DNA from: a virus | DNA length: 64,000 nt | IMG/VR virus record: IMGVR_UViG_3300021964_000024 | Span: 41,815 to 105,814 of that record | Strand: one strand, 5' to 3' | In this document: in pieces, positions 38,832 to 47,845 of the stretch | Layout of the letters: the number at the start of each line of letters is the position of its first letter | Position numbering within the stretch: position 1 is the stretch's first letter | Program-made: the position numbers and the translations under genes | The notes under the pieces: generated by a model | The model's database searches: none | Told to the model about the DNA's origin: nothing | The model's input: the letters and a program-made list of their open reading frames with translations, nothing else

Positions 38832-39501
38832 AGAAAAGAGAACCCGAATTTTCCTCATTATACTGTGCAATTGTTTCTTTTAATGGACGTACCCAGTTAT
38901 CACGATGTTCGATAAAGATCTGTGGTTCATGATTATCCACTGAGATTATCGTTACAAGTTGTGTGATGGGCTGCCCGGTTCTCTCTTCCCACATAATTGC
39001 ATATGCGGATTCTTGCATGAAATAATTTTTGATCCAGTCGAGTCGTTTAGGTTTGAGGGATGTTTTAAAATCAATGATAGAAAGTTTCCCGTCAAACTCA
39101 GCAACACAATCAACCCTACCTGCAACCCCCAAGTGGTTACTATAGAGTGGTGCTTCCTGTGCGAATACTCTGCCAATACGATCATCCAAAATGGGACGGA
39201 TAGCAATAAAACTGTCAATAATATCTGGAGTATATCCATTACGATAATCCTCATCGTTGTTGATGTACTTTTCAATGATCTCGTGTACCCTTGTACCACG
39301 GGATGATGCACGATGAGAAATTTTATTTGCTTCTGCCTCACCCACACGTTTACGCCATGCAGCAATGGAGTCACGAGACAGTATTGAAAGTACTGTGGTT
39401 ATAGAAGGAAGGTTTACGCCTTCCGGTGTTTTGTATTTACGACCAGAGTCGGTAGTGACCGACTCCATCTCATTTAGTTCTGTTAAAACATGTTCAAACA
39501 T
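38827..39501 (-). CDS. PD-(D/E)xK exonuclease
   Basis: PSITTVL, RGTRVH, AGRVD, IDFKTS, QESAY. Confidence 0.88.
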   Translation of the reverse strand: MFEHVLTELNEMESVTTDSGRKYKTPEGVNLPSITTVLSILSRDSIAAWRKRVGEAEANKISHRASSRGTRVHEIIEKYINNDEDYRNGYTPDIIDSFIAIRPILDDRIGRVFAQEAPLYSNHLGVAGRVDCVAEFDGKLSIIDFKTSLKPKRLDWIKNYFMQESAYAIMWEERTGQPITQLVTIISVDNHEPQIFIEHRDNWVRPLKETIAQYNEENSGSLFL

Positions 39502-39760
39502 TAGATAATTTTTCCATTTGTTTACGTGCGTAGTCCCCAAGTTCTTCTAGTGTTCGCACGAACTCTTCGACCTCATCAAGGTGTCTCTCAGGGATCTTTC
39601 CATTAATAGTATACGACGATAGTTCTAGATCCACAAGTTCTTTGTATGGAGTGTGACCCTCATAGACAGGTTCACATGCGTCTCCAATATAGAGACTAGT
39701 AAAAACACCCTCTTCATCAAACCAAGGTGTCACTTCAACCATCAATTTAGTTGTTGTCAT
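39494..39760 (-). CDS. hypothetical protein
   Basis: 88-aa ORF. Confidence 0.6.
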   Translation of the reverse strand: MTTTKLMVEVTPWFDEEGVFTSLYIGDACEPVYEGHTPYKELVDLELSSYTINGKIPERHLDEVEEFVRTLEELGDYARKQMEKLSNV

Positions 39761-39766
39761 TTTTAA

Positions 39767-40126
39767 TTATCCAAAAAAATATCGTATCAGTCCCGAAAAC
39801 AACAGGACTCCCATTACACCGTTCAAAAGAATAAGTGCTCTATCCTTCCATATATAGGAAACTATAAACCAACCAATTGCACCTAACCAAGAGAACATCA
39901 AATCATAAACTTGCAGTTCCGGAATCCCACTGGATCGGATTGTCACTGCAGACAAAACGCAGACAGTAGATGCCCACTTTATGTACCAGTCAAGTCCACC
40001 CTTTGGAGTTGCAGATTTATAAATTCTCTTTGAGTTCGCAAGTTCTTCTTCGCTGAACTGTTGTTCTTCTTGAACTCTTTTTTGTTCCATAAGTTTCCTC
40101 AGTTTTACATTCTTCATTGTTGTCAT
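39767..40126 (-). CDS. 3-TM membrane protein
   Basis: WYIKW, WKDRALILLN. Confidence 0.7.
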   Translation of the reverse strand: MTTMKNVKLRKLMEQKRVQEEQQFSEEELANSKRIYKSATPKGGLDWYIKWASTVCVLSAVTIRSSGIPELQVYDLMFSWLGAIGWFIVSYIWKDRALILLNGVMGVLLFSGLIRYFFG

Positions 40127-40764
40127 AATTTCTCCCGCATCGCTGCCATGCGAACACGTGCCGCATTCCATTGGTCAAACGTTTGCGGTTTACGTGCCTC
40201 ACCACAGGCAAGCTTTCGTTTCTTAAATTCTTCCTTGAGTGCTTTCGCACAATCACGTCCAAGGAATCGTGACACCAGTGATAACAGATCCTTACGGAAG
40301 GATCGACCATGGTGCATATTACCCAGACAGTGAGTCAGTTCATGGATTAGAGTATACGCATCCAAACCAACCTTAGTATCTAGGGTCACACTACGACCAT
40401 TCGACCAACCCGCAGTACCACGACCACTCGACTTCAACTTTGCGTTGACTTCAGGAGACGCATTGAAGATACGAGTCACATCACCGTTGATAGACTCAGA
40501 CCAGATCTTCTGCCAAGTCTTTGACTTGTAGATCTTCTTGGCGTACTTCTGTGCCTCTTTGATATCCTTGAACTTAGGGATCTGACCAGAACACTTGGAC
40601 TGGAATGCCCACTCTGCACTGTAACACTTACTACGTTCAGAGTCTTGACCACGTGCACCCTTGTTCTGTTTCTTGGCATGTTTCCGGAGATACTCATTGT
40701 AGTAGTGTTCCGGAGTGCCATGGTAGGGACGGTCAATACGATATGATTCATAGATATTGGTCAT
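40123..40764 (-). CDS. HExxH metallopeptidase-like protein
   Basis: LIHELTH, HGRSF. Confidence 0.7.
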   Translation of the reverse strand: MTNIYESYRIDRPYHGTPEHYYNEYLRKHAKKQNKGARGQDSERSKCYSAEWAFQSKCSGQIPKFKDIKEAQKYAKKIYKSKTWQKIWSESINGDVTRIFNASPEVNAKLKSSGRGTAGWSNGRSVTLDTKVGLDAYTLIHELTHCLGNMHHGRSFRKDLLSLVSRFLGRDCAKALKEEFKKRKLACGEARKPQTFDQWNAARVRMAAMREKL

Positions 40765-40769
40765 AACAA

Positions 40770-40830
40770 ATCCTTATTTCTCTCACTTACATGCACATTA
40801 TCTCATATTCGAAACAAGAAGTCAAGCTTT
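40770..40830 (-). promoter_or_regulatory. early promoter cassette (repeat family)
   Basis: TTGACT-17-GATAAT, CTTGTTTCGA spacer. Confidence 0.8.
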
Positions 40831-42025
40831 ATTTTGTCATTTTTGCACTAATTTCGAAATTTCCATTATTCATCTCGTGAATGAACCCCTCTGGAATGAC
40901 CTTATCACAGATCACCAGTCCGATTCTCCCATCCGGAGTTCTCTTTCGCATATGCCTAGATACTCTGTACTCACCATCAATTATATCAAGTCCACAAGGA
41001 ATTGCAACCCCATAGGACTCATGCAGATGGTAGGGGTAGATCGAATCCGGTTCCTTTGGCATCACAATCAACTTGTCAACGTCATTTGGGAATGCATCTC
41101 CAAGGATCTCTGGTTTCCCTCTCAATGATTCAAGGTACTCATCTCCAGTTACAAAGTAAGGTAGACTGCAGGTTTGTTCTGGTCTCACGTTGATCTCACA
41201 GAAATACCAGTCACCATTTGGTGTACATAGTCCAGTAATCTGACCAACGAAAGATGACTTGTCACATACATCTTTAGTAATCCAGTCCAAGATAACCACC
41301 GCATTTTCTACAGTGATCTCTTCTACCCATTCTGGTAATGGTTTAAAACTAGAGGTCTTAGTCCAGTGTTGAAACTTACCTGCAAGTTTTGCGGTATCTT
41401 CACCAATGATTTCTTGAGTGTGTCGAATAGACCACTTACCCTTCGCAACAACAAAATCTACATTAGTTTCTATTGTGGGTTTGGGTATGTACTCTTCATA
41501 GAACATACCTTCTGCATATTCATCTCTACTAAAACGATCTGCTTCACTTTGAGTCATGCAGATACTTACGTGGTCAGTTGGTTTAGGAATTCGTATTGGT
41601 TTTGCCACACAAGGTGCAATAGGTTTTCTGACTTTAGGACACAATATGTTTCGACGCAACATGGACTCTCGCACTGCCCACTTACCAGTCTCTAACATTG
41701 CAGTAGGTCTGTAAAGTCCAAGGTACTCAAAACGATCCTGATCAATAATGTTGGAATCACTTAGATGTCCTAGTATAGGATGAGTGTTGATCACTATTTC
41801 TCTGTCAGAATTATTCAACCACTTCATCAATACCGAATCTCTATTCTCGGCATTGACGATCTCAACACCATATTGATCCCAGAACTTGTGAGGAACATCT
41901 TCAAAGTGTTCATATGAAGAAGTCACGACTTTTACATCGTGACCTGATTTTACTAGTTCAAGGATATTATGGAAGTTGCACCAACCATAATCGATGATAA
42001 GAATTTTACTCACCGAGGTCTTCAT
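40829..42025 (-). CDS. ATP-grasp domain protein
   Basis: LETGKW, PCVAKP, YEEYI, FCEINVRP. Confidence 0.7.
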   Translation of the reverse strand: MKTSVSKILIIDYGWCNFHNILELVKSGHDVKVVTSSYEHFEDVPHKFWDQYGVEIVNAENRDSVLMKWLNNSDREIVINTHPILGHLSDSNIIDQDRFEYLGLYRPTAMLETGKWAVRESMLRRNILCPKVRKPIAPCVAKPIRIPKPTDHVSICMTQSEADRFSRDEYAEGMFYEEYIPKPTIETNVDFVVAKGKWSIRHTQEIIGEDTAKLAGKFQHWTKTSSFKPLPEWVEEITVENAVVILDWITKDVCDKSSFVGQITGLCTPNGDWYFCEINVRPEQTCSLPYFVTGDEYLESLRGKPEILGDAFPNDVDKLIVMPKEPDSIYPYHLHESYGVAIPCGLDIIDGEYRVSRHMRKRTPDGRIGLVICDKVIPEGFIHEMNNGNFEISAKMTK

Positions 42026-42302
42026 CCATGGTCTTTCGCATTGCCCAGTAATTTTCGGCATCTCTATCTAGATCGAAACATTCTGTAAAGGTATCCCACA
42101 ACTTTTGGAAACGAATGTCATAGAGTTCCTTGATACCAAGATACTTGTTACAGAGAGCATCCGCAACATCAGGCGGTATATGTTTCCACTTAGGACTGTC
42201 CATAAAATGTTCAGTCACCACATTAATATCGTCGGTTACATTCCAACATTCCATGATAGATTGTTCTAAGTCAAATCGATCTTTACTCATATAAAAACCC
42301 AC
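42006..42302 (-). CDS. hypothetical protein
   Basis: DRFDLEQSIMECW motif. Confidence 0.65.
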   Translation of the reverse strand: MGFYMSKDRFDLEQSIMECWNVTDDINVVTEHFMDSPKWKHIPPDVADALCNKYLGIKELYDIRFQKLWDTFTECFDLDRDAENYWAMRKTMDEDLGE

Positions 42303-42322
42303 CCTGCGAACAGGGTGGTCTC
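42293..42322 (-). terminator. intrinsic terminator
   Basis: CCACCCTG-TTCG-CAGGGTGG followed by T5. Confidence 0.8.
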
Positions 42323-42332
42323 CTTTAGTTGG

Positions 42333-43298
42333 TTAGGCAGCTTCTGCGAATTCGATTGCTTTCGAAACTGCGGTTTGTTTTCTGTTCTGGTTTGCACCGA
42401 ACCATGCAGATGTCATTCTGGAATCTGCTTCCCTACCCATTACGTGGTCAGTCAAGTAGGTCACACTGTTAAGTGCTTGCCACCATGAACCTTTCCCAAA
42501 CTGAGCGCCTGGTTGTGAATCCAGAACTTCAAACGCTTTCTGACCGTTTGCAGTAAGATCCTTAAACTCTTTTACTACTGGAGGGTTCTTACCTTGATAA
42601 GTTCTTGGGAAGACCTCATTGTAGTATTCGATCAGTGACTCTGCAGAGAACTTCTTAGACGCAAGGAACTGTGATAGTTCTTTGTACTGTTCGAACTTCT
42701 CGTGTGCAAGACCCAGAGTAGTCTTTACGTGGTTCGCATCAAACACTTTTCTGTGGTTCAATTTTGCACCAGTAATTGCAGTACCCTTCAATGCCATTGC
42801 AAGAGTGTTCATGCATGAAACCCTGATCGGAGTAAACCTAATGTCAATAGACTTACCGTACTCATGCGGGTTAGAGAACAGAAGGTAAGAATCAATCTGG
42901 TCACCCCTTAGAACATCAAAAGACTCTTTGACCTTCGCAAGTGCCCATACCATCTTACCACCTTTCAGTGAACCTGCGGTACTCATTTCCATATCACCCT
43001 CAAGGCAATACTCATTGAAGAACTCAAACGCAGTTTCGTTCTGACAGGGTTCCCAGTTCTTACCGACTTGGGTTAGGATCTTGTTATCAGAATCCCTAAC
43101 AAGTGCTTCCATCCCTGTAGGGATTTTCTCACCGTTGAAGTCTGCGTAGGTAGGAACCTTCTCGACTTTCCAGTCAACACCTGCCTTTTCCATCATCTGT
43201 TGTGGAGATAGATCATTGGATACGATCTCTCCGATACCCCAAGGGGACGATCCTACAGATGCAGTAGTCTCGATTTGTAAAATGTCATTCATACTCAT
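42333..43298 (-). CDS. DUF932-family protein
   Basis: TAGSLKGG, TPIRVSCMNTL, GSWWQALNSVTY..DH. Confidence 0.85.
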   Translation of the reverse strand: MSMNDILQIETTASVGSSPWGIGEIVSNDLSPQQMMEKAGVDWKVEKVPTYADFNGEKIPTGMEALVRDSDNKILTQVGKNWEPCQNETAFEFFNEYCLEGDMEMSTAGSLKGGKMVWALAKVKESFDVLRGDQIDSYLLFSNPHEYGKSIDIRFTPIRVSCMNTLAMALKGTAITGAKLNHRKVFDANHVKTTLGLAHEKFEQYKELSQFLASKKFSAESLIEYYNEVFPRTYQGKNPPVVKEFKDLTANGQKAFEVLDSQPGAQFGKGSWWQALNSVTYLTDHVMGREADSRMTSAWFGANQNRKQTAVSKAIEFAEAA

Positions 43299-43299
43299 A

Positions 43300-43365
43300 A
43301 TAATTTCCTCACTAAAAATTTAACTTACACTAACATGTTATCAAAACAAGAGAACAATGTCAAGC
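43300..43365 (-). promoter_or_regulatory. early promoter cassette (repeat family)
   Basis: TTGACA-17-TAACAT containing CTTGTTTTGA. Confidence 0.7.
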
Positions 43366-43860
43366 TTTTTCTTTCCAAATTTTCTCAGTCCCCATTACCT
43401 TCAAAAGACTCTTGGTTTCCTTCTTGAACAATTTGAAAAATTTTGGATCGTGTTCTTCGATACTGTACCCGTTATGCATCATATCAAAAGTCTTAATGAT
43501 CTTGATGATCTCAGGTGCAGTCGCAAGACGTGCTTCACACATCTTCTTTCGAGTCGCACGGTTACCAACGAACTCAGGAACTTTAGTCAAAAACCAAACT
43601 CCCTTCGCAACGTCCTTTCCAAAATTCTCTTCAATGTCTTCATGAGTCGCAATAGTGTCCTCGACAGTATCGTGCAACAATGCAACCTTGATTGCATACA
43701 CGATATCATCTTGGTCAAATTTTTTCTCGACCATGTATTCTTCGACCATTTCCGCAACTGCGATAGGGTGGAAGAAGTAATTCTCACCAGTGTATTTACG
43801 TTTCTGATCCTTATGGCACTCAGACGCAAAATGGGTCACTTTCAAAATTTCTTGGTTCAT
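43360..43860 (-). CDS. HD-domain hydrolase (RelA/SpoT hydrolase, Mesh1-like)
   Basis: HKDQKRKYTG..Y..HP, LLHDTVEDT, K..D..HN. Confidence 0.85.
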   Translation of the reverse strand: MNQEILKVTHFASECHKDQKRKYTGENYFFHPIAVAEMVEEYMVEKKFDQDDIVYAIKVALLHDTVEDTIATHEDIEENFGKDVAKGVWFLTKVPEFVGNRATRKKMCEARLATAPEIIKIIKTFDMMHNGYSIEEHDPKFFKLFKKETKSLLKVMGTEKIWKEKA

Positions 43861-43864
43861 AACA

Positions 43865-43925
43865 ATATCTCTCAATTACAAGGTAATTATCTCATAATCA
43901 AAACAAGATGTCAAGCTTTTTTTTA
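43865..43925 (-). promoter_or_regulatory. early promoter cassette (repeat family)
   Basis: 46 bp identical to 21533-21578. Confidence 0.9.
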
Positions 43926-44120
43926 AATTATTTTCAATAAAAGATCCAATGCCTTGATGCAGTTTGCCTTCATTTCCATTGCATTGGTCTCATCCATCAT
44001 CTCGACTTCACGTTTCAGATCTTCGATCAGATCCGTGTATTCTTGTTGACTAAGGTAACCACCATCCAGTAGTTCCTTGTATTCTCTTCCTTGTTGTTCT
44101 TGCGGTAATGTATCTGCCAT
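43923..44120 (-). CDS. small hypothetical protein
   Basis: 65-aa ORF coupled to lipoprotein gene. Confidence 0.55.
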   Translation of the reverse strand: MADTLPQEQQGREYKELLDGGYLSQQEYTDLIEDLKREVEMMDETNAMEMKANCIKALDLLLKII

Positions 44121-44494
44121 TAGTATCTCCCCATGATTGCTTCTGCCGCCATCTTAGATTGCGTTTGTAGGTTCTTCTTTTTGATTCGACAGTATGTCGG
44201 AGTCAATGGATCTGCGTCCACCAAACCCTGTAAAGTCTTATCCATGATTCCGGTAATTTTCGTGACATCCTGAGATCCCTTTGCAAGGGAGTACTGATTC
44301 AACCACTCGACATAAAAGTCGATTGACCGAATCTGTTTCTTCAGAGATGCGGGTTTTAGATCACAGTCCATCATCTCGACACGTGTACTAATGTCGATAA
44401 TAGCTTTGGACTCGTTTGGATCATAGAAGGAAGGAATAGAAGAACACCCTGCAACAATCAGGGTGGTCATTAAAATAGTTGATAGTTTGTTCAT
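44120..44494 (-). CDS. lipoprotein
   Basis: MNKLSTILMTTLIVAG-C lipobox, Cys pair. Confidence 0.7.
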   Translation of the reverse strand: MNKLSTILMTTLIVAGCSSIPSFYDPNESKAIIDISTRVEMMDCDLKPASLKKQIRSIDFYVEWLNQYSLAKGSQDVTKITGIMDKTLQGLVDADPLTPTYCRIKKKNLQTQSKMAAEAIMGRY

Positions 44495-44525
44495 ATGATA
44501 TCTCCGTTGGATACCATGGTATTTA

Positions 44526-44960
44526 TCAATTTGTGAACGGTTGATCCCAAGGGAAACAACTCTGAAACAACACCTTCTCTTGTTTGTATGCTTCCTTTTC
44601 CCAAGGTTGGTTATCGTATTCATAACCATCCGCATTACGACCTTTCCACTTCCACGCACCTTCTGCACTCAACTGACCTCGAAGGAACTGACGTGCGTGA
44701 ACCATCTCGTGTGCGAGAGTTCCCATCTGTTCCATGAACGTCATCTTCTCACCAGTGATAGGACACTTACGTGCAATGGTGATCTCTGCATATTCACGAT
44801 CACCTTCGCACAGACCGTAGGCATCACACTTGTTAGTGAACCGCACATTGATGTACGGTTTACGCAACCGACCAAGACCCAGAGTCTTGATCATGTTTGC
44901 GATGTAGGTTCGAACGACCTCTTGATTTTTTACTTGACCTTCTATATAGAAGTCAATCAT
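44526..44960 (-). CDS. HExxH metallopeptidase
   Basis: TLAHEMVHARQ, PWEKEA. Confidence 0.8.
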   Translation of the reverse strand: MIDFYIEGQVKNQEVVRTYIANMIKTLGLGRLRKPYINVRFTNKCDAYGLCEGDREYAEITIARKCPITGEKMTFMEQMGTLAHEMVHARQFLRGQLSAEGAWKWKGRNADGYEYDNQPWEKEAYKQEKVLFQSCFPWDQPFTN

Positions 44961-45212
44961 TCACTTTTTCTCCGCAAGTTCTTCCATAATTTGATAGACT
45001 CTTTCTCTGTCGATAGAGTCACCGTCACCCCACTCTTCGTGGTTCTCAGGATTAGAACACACTGCAAGGTATCTCATGATACCTCTCTCTACCATGGCAA
45101 CGTCCACCCAAGGGGTTGGATAGATACCATCGTAAGCGTAGAAAGACAGGATGTAGTTCCTGAAGTCAGTCAAAGACGGGTTAGATCTCAATGCAATAAA
45201 ATTTGTTTTCAT
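44961..45212 (-). CDS. hypothetical early protein
   Basis: SFYAYDGIY, GDSIDRE. Confidence 0.7.
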   Translation of the reverse strand: MKTNFIALRSNPSLTDFRNYILSFYAYDGIYPTPWVDVAMVERGIMRYLAVCSNPENHEEWGDGDSIDRERVYQIMEELAEKK

Positions 45213-45214
45213 AA

Positions 45215-45305
45215 TGTATTCCTCACTCTCAATTACAAGGTAATTATCTCATATTCAAAACAAGATGTCAACCCCTAAATCGAAAAAAAGTATATATTTT
45301 TTATA
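45215..45305 (-). promoter_or_regulatory. early promoter/RBS cassette (repeat family)
   Basis: TTGACA-17-GATAAT, one mismatch to the 46-bp core; AT-rich upstream element shared with the 14 kb copy. Confidence 0.9.
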
Positions 45306-45321
45306 CTTATTTTTCATAAGG

Positions 45322-45543
45322 TTATAGCATTTTGGAATAAGAACGGATCTCCTTCAGACCCAATTTACGGAACTTTCGACGGGATGGTGACCACCGTTTC
45401 ATAGGATTCTTGAAGATCTTCAGTACCCCACCCTTGGGGACAAATCCGACCAACTCAGTACCCTTGGTCACATAGATGTGATTTGGGGTGTTATCTCCCC
45501 AGTCAGTAGTTTCCTCACGCCATAGGCACTTCTCAAGATTCAT
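45322..45543 (-). CDS. hypothetical protein
   Basis: E.TDW...PNHIY, RRKF. Confidence 0.65.
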   Translation of the reverse strand: MNLEKCLWREETTDWGDNTPNHIYVTKGTELVGFVPKGGVLKIFKNPMKRWSPSRRKFRKLGLKEIRSYSKML

Positions 45544-45830
45544 CGTCGCATCCTCGCATGTTCAATAGCTTCTTTCTGGTCAATGATCGGTACTGCATTC
45601 GACTTGTGCATGGTACTGATACCCTTGATCAGGGTTCCGGTGTAGTTTATCTTTTCTTTGATTTGTGTATTGTGAGTACCCGAATCGTGAGATTTGTAAA
45701 CCGGAGTCTCTCTCCGGTATGTCTCAGGTGGGGTGTACTCCTTGAACTCTACCTTGCGTTTCTTGGTAGTCCAGTAGTTGGTCTTCTTTTTCTTACCACT
45801 AGGGTAGTGTCTCATACTACCGTGGATCAT
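45540..45830 (-). CDS. conserved T4-like hypothetical protein
   Basis: YTGTLIKGISTMHKSNAVP. Confidence 0.75.
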   Translation of the reverse strand: MIHGSMRHYPSGKKKKTNYWTTKKRKVEFKEYTPPETYRRETPVYKSHDSGTHNTQIKEKINYTGTLIKGISTMHKSNAVPIIDQKEAIEHARMRR

Positions 45831-46021
45831 TTCAACTCGTCCAGTATTTTCTGCAGTTCACCGAACACCATTGTATTCAAATACAGATCATTTGGTTCTT
45901 TAGACTCAACCGCCTTTTTCCGAAACTCTTCGACCTTCGCTTTCAACAACTTGGTGTGTTGAGTGTGTCTATATGCCTGATCCCATTCTTCGGGAGTCGC
46001 ATCATTCAAACGTTTCGCCAC
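45827..46021 (-). CDS. hypothetical protein
   Basis: LNDATPEEWD. Confidence 0.6.
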   Translation of the reverse strand: MAKRLNDATPEEWDQAYRHTQHTKLLKAKVEEFRKKAVESKEPNDLYLNTMVFGELQKILDELK

Positions 46022-46449
46022 TACGCCACCTCCTCAAATGTAGTTAGTTGCATCTCAGAACGACCATCAGCATCCTGAACCCACGTGCGCTCTCCGAACG
46101 GAGTTGCAGACATATCGTACTTACGTGCGACAGACGTGCACATAAGTTTGTCACCTTCGAGGAAACAGCAGATGGGAGACTCCCACTCCGCAACGTGGTC
46201 TGACTCCACGAAGTCGATATCATCGATTAGTTCAGAACCAAGGATGTACTCCTCAGAGTAATCATTTTTATATTCGATGCACTTTTCCACAGACGCATAG
46301 AACGACTTGTCCTGCGCTTCCTGCAGGGTTACATCAACGATGTAGGTGTCACCACCCTTGTACTTCCAGTACTGAGGGCATACACCCTTACCGTCCCAAT
46401 CATGGGCACCATAGTTTTCCATAAACTGCGTGTGAATTACATATTTCAT
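46021..46449 (-). CDS. hypothetical protein
   Basis: TQFMENYGAHDW, YWKYKGG. Confidence 0.7.
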   Translation of the reverse strand: MKYVIHTQFMENYGAHDWDGKGVCPQYWKYKGGDTYIVDVTLQEAQDKSFYASVEKCIEYKNDYSEEYILGSELIDDIDFVESDHVAEWESPICCFLEGDKLMCTSVARKYDMSATPFGERTWVQDADGRSEMQLTTFEEVA

Positions 46450-46625
46450 TATACTACTCCTGAAATTAAAACTTTACCTTGATCGATCTTGTCAAACAAC
46501 TTATCGATCTCTTGTTGATGGTTAAGAAGTTCGTTGATCTTCTTCTCGTTAGATGTCCAAATCCGTTGCAGAACAGCAAGTTCCTTCTCAGAAATAGAAT
46601 CGACCATATGGATTGGTTTACTCAT
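46449..46625 (-). CDS. small hypothetical protein
   Basis: 58-aa ORF MSKPIHMVDS filling the gap, RBS GGAGG. Confidence 0.55.
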   Translation of the reverse strand: MSKPIHMVDSISEKELAVLQRIWTSNEKKINELLNHQQEIDKLFDKIDQGKVLISGVV

Positions 46626-46750
46626 GACAACTCCTCCAGTTGATTTTTGATTTCAGCAATGCGTTGCTCCAGACGAGCATTGCCTTCGGCATCTAACTCA
46701 CCACGTACCTCACAGAGGCAGACCAACTCATTCATCAAATCATCATACAT
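46622..46750 (-). CDS. small hypothetical protein
   Basis: MYDDLMNELV... Confidence 0.5.
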   Translation of the reverse strand: MYDDLMNELVCLCEVRGELDAEGNARLEQRIAEIKNQLEELS

Positions 46751-46925
46751 AGTTTTGCTCCAAGAAAGCGTAAACAGGTTTTTTGAACATGTTGTCAAAC
46801 ATACCAATCTCATCAAAACCCATCAGGACAAGAGCAGAGTCGAGATCACCTTTTTCCATCACAACCAGATCATGACCAACAGGAACCCGACCCAAAAACT
46901 CATTAATGTTCTCAATAACTTTCAT
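46743..46925 (-). CDS. small early hypothetical protein
   Basis: first gene after promoter cassette. Confidence 0.55.
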   Translation of the reverse strand: MKVIENINEFLGRVPVGHDLVVMEKGDLDSALVLMGFDEIGMFDNMFKKPVYAFLEQNYV

Positions 46926-46929
46926 AACA

Positions 46930-47000
46930 ATACCTCTATCAACTCAACATACATATTGTCTCATAATTAAAACAAGGAGTCAACACTTTTTTGCACTTTT
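46930..47000 (-). promoter_or_regulatory. early promoter cassette (repeat family)
   Basis: TTGACT-17-GACAAT with CTTGTTTT and ATGA. Confidence 0.75.
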
Positions 47001-47038
47001 TTTAGACTTTTTTCACACTTTTTTGCGCTTTCTTATAG

Positions 47039-47428
47039 CTAAAAAGCTACTCTCCAAGATATCCCCAATTCACTGTTCTGGTGGACTACGTAGGATCTGA
47101 TCACAATCGCACCCCACATTGCGTCATTATTATAGTTCGGAGAACCACTTCCAACCCAATAATATAGTATACCTGAAAATGCGACCTGTGTCAAGGCCAG
47201 TCTTTGAGATGAGGGATAATCCCCAAACAGGGGATTCGCCTCACGGTAGCACTGACACGGATGTTTCAGTGCGAGAGATGTTTGTTTGTAGTCTGTGTAC
47301 GCCAGTATGTTGTATGTCGTAAACAGACCCTTTTCTTTGTTAGTCCAGTCACCGAAGTGTCTGAACTCTGCATGTACTGGACTACTGATCAGCCAGAGGA
47401 TTATCCAAAAATGCTTGAATTTTGTCAT
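47039..47428 (-). CDS. exported/membrane protein
   Basis: signal peptide (VHA-), EANPL motif. Confidence 0.6.
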   Translation of the reverse strand: MTKFKHFWIILWLISSPVHAEFRHFGDWTNKEKGLFTTYNILAYTDYKQTSLALKHPCQCYREANPLFGDYPSSQRLALTQVAFSGILYYWVGSGSPNYNNDAMWGAIVIRSYVVHQNSELGISWRVAF

Positions 47429-47843
47429 TGAGTCTCTTCTCAAGGGCTTCCATTTTTTTGTCTGTATCAGTAGACAAAGCGTCCCTCTTGTTGTCAAAAC
47501 GTTCATCTGCCCTGTCGATCATATCCTCGACTTTGGTCTCTAGATCACGTCCTGCATCCTCAATTCTGTCAACGTTTCGTTCCATACGATTAAAGTCATC
47601 ACGTAGATCGTTCTTGATACTACGTGAGTAATCGATGGCTTCGTTAAGTTTTATTTCTATTTGTTTGTTACGGGATTCAATTTCGTTCACGTCAATGTTC
47701 TGGACAATCTCTTTCATGTCCATGTAGTCTTTGTAGAACTCGAAACCTGCCCATGACGCACCACCTAGTGATGACAATGCAGTCAAGATGATTGCGATTC
47801 TTCCCCCTGCGAATTTGACCCCAGCAAATTCAATCTCTGCCAT
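47382..47843 (-). CDS. membrane-anchored coiled-coil protein
   Basis: N-terminal TM, long heptads. Confidence 0.7.
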   Translation of the reverse strand: MAEIEFAGVKFAGGRIAIILTALSSLGGASWAGFEFYKDYMDMKEIVQNIDVNEIESRNKQIEIKLNEAIDYSRSIKNDLRDDFNRMERNVDRIEDAGRDLETKVEDMIDRADERFDNKRDALSTDTDKKMEALEKRLNDKIQAFLDNPLADQ

Positions 47844-47845
47844 TT

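Noticed and set aside
38827-39501. Cas4 / CRISPR adaptation gene
   Set aside because: No Fe-S cysteines; this is the common T4-like phage exonuclease
13970-47000. Repeats as a CRISPR array or IS ends
   Set aside because: Copies are dispersed, not regularly spaced, and match promoter architecture; no transposase or cas operon
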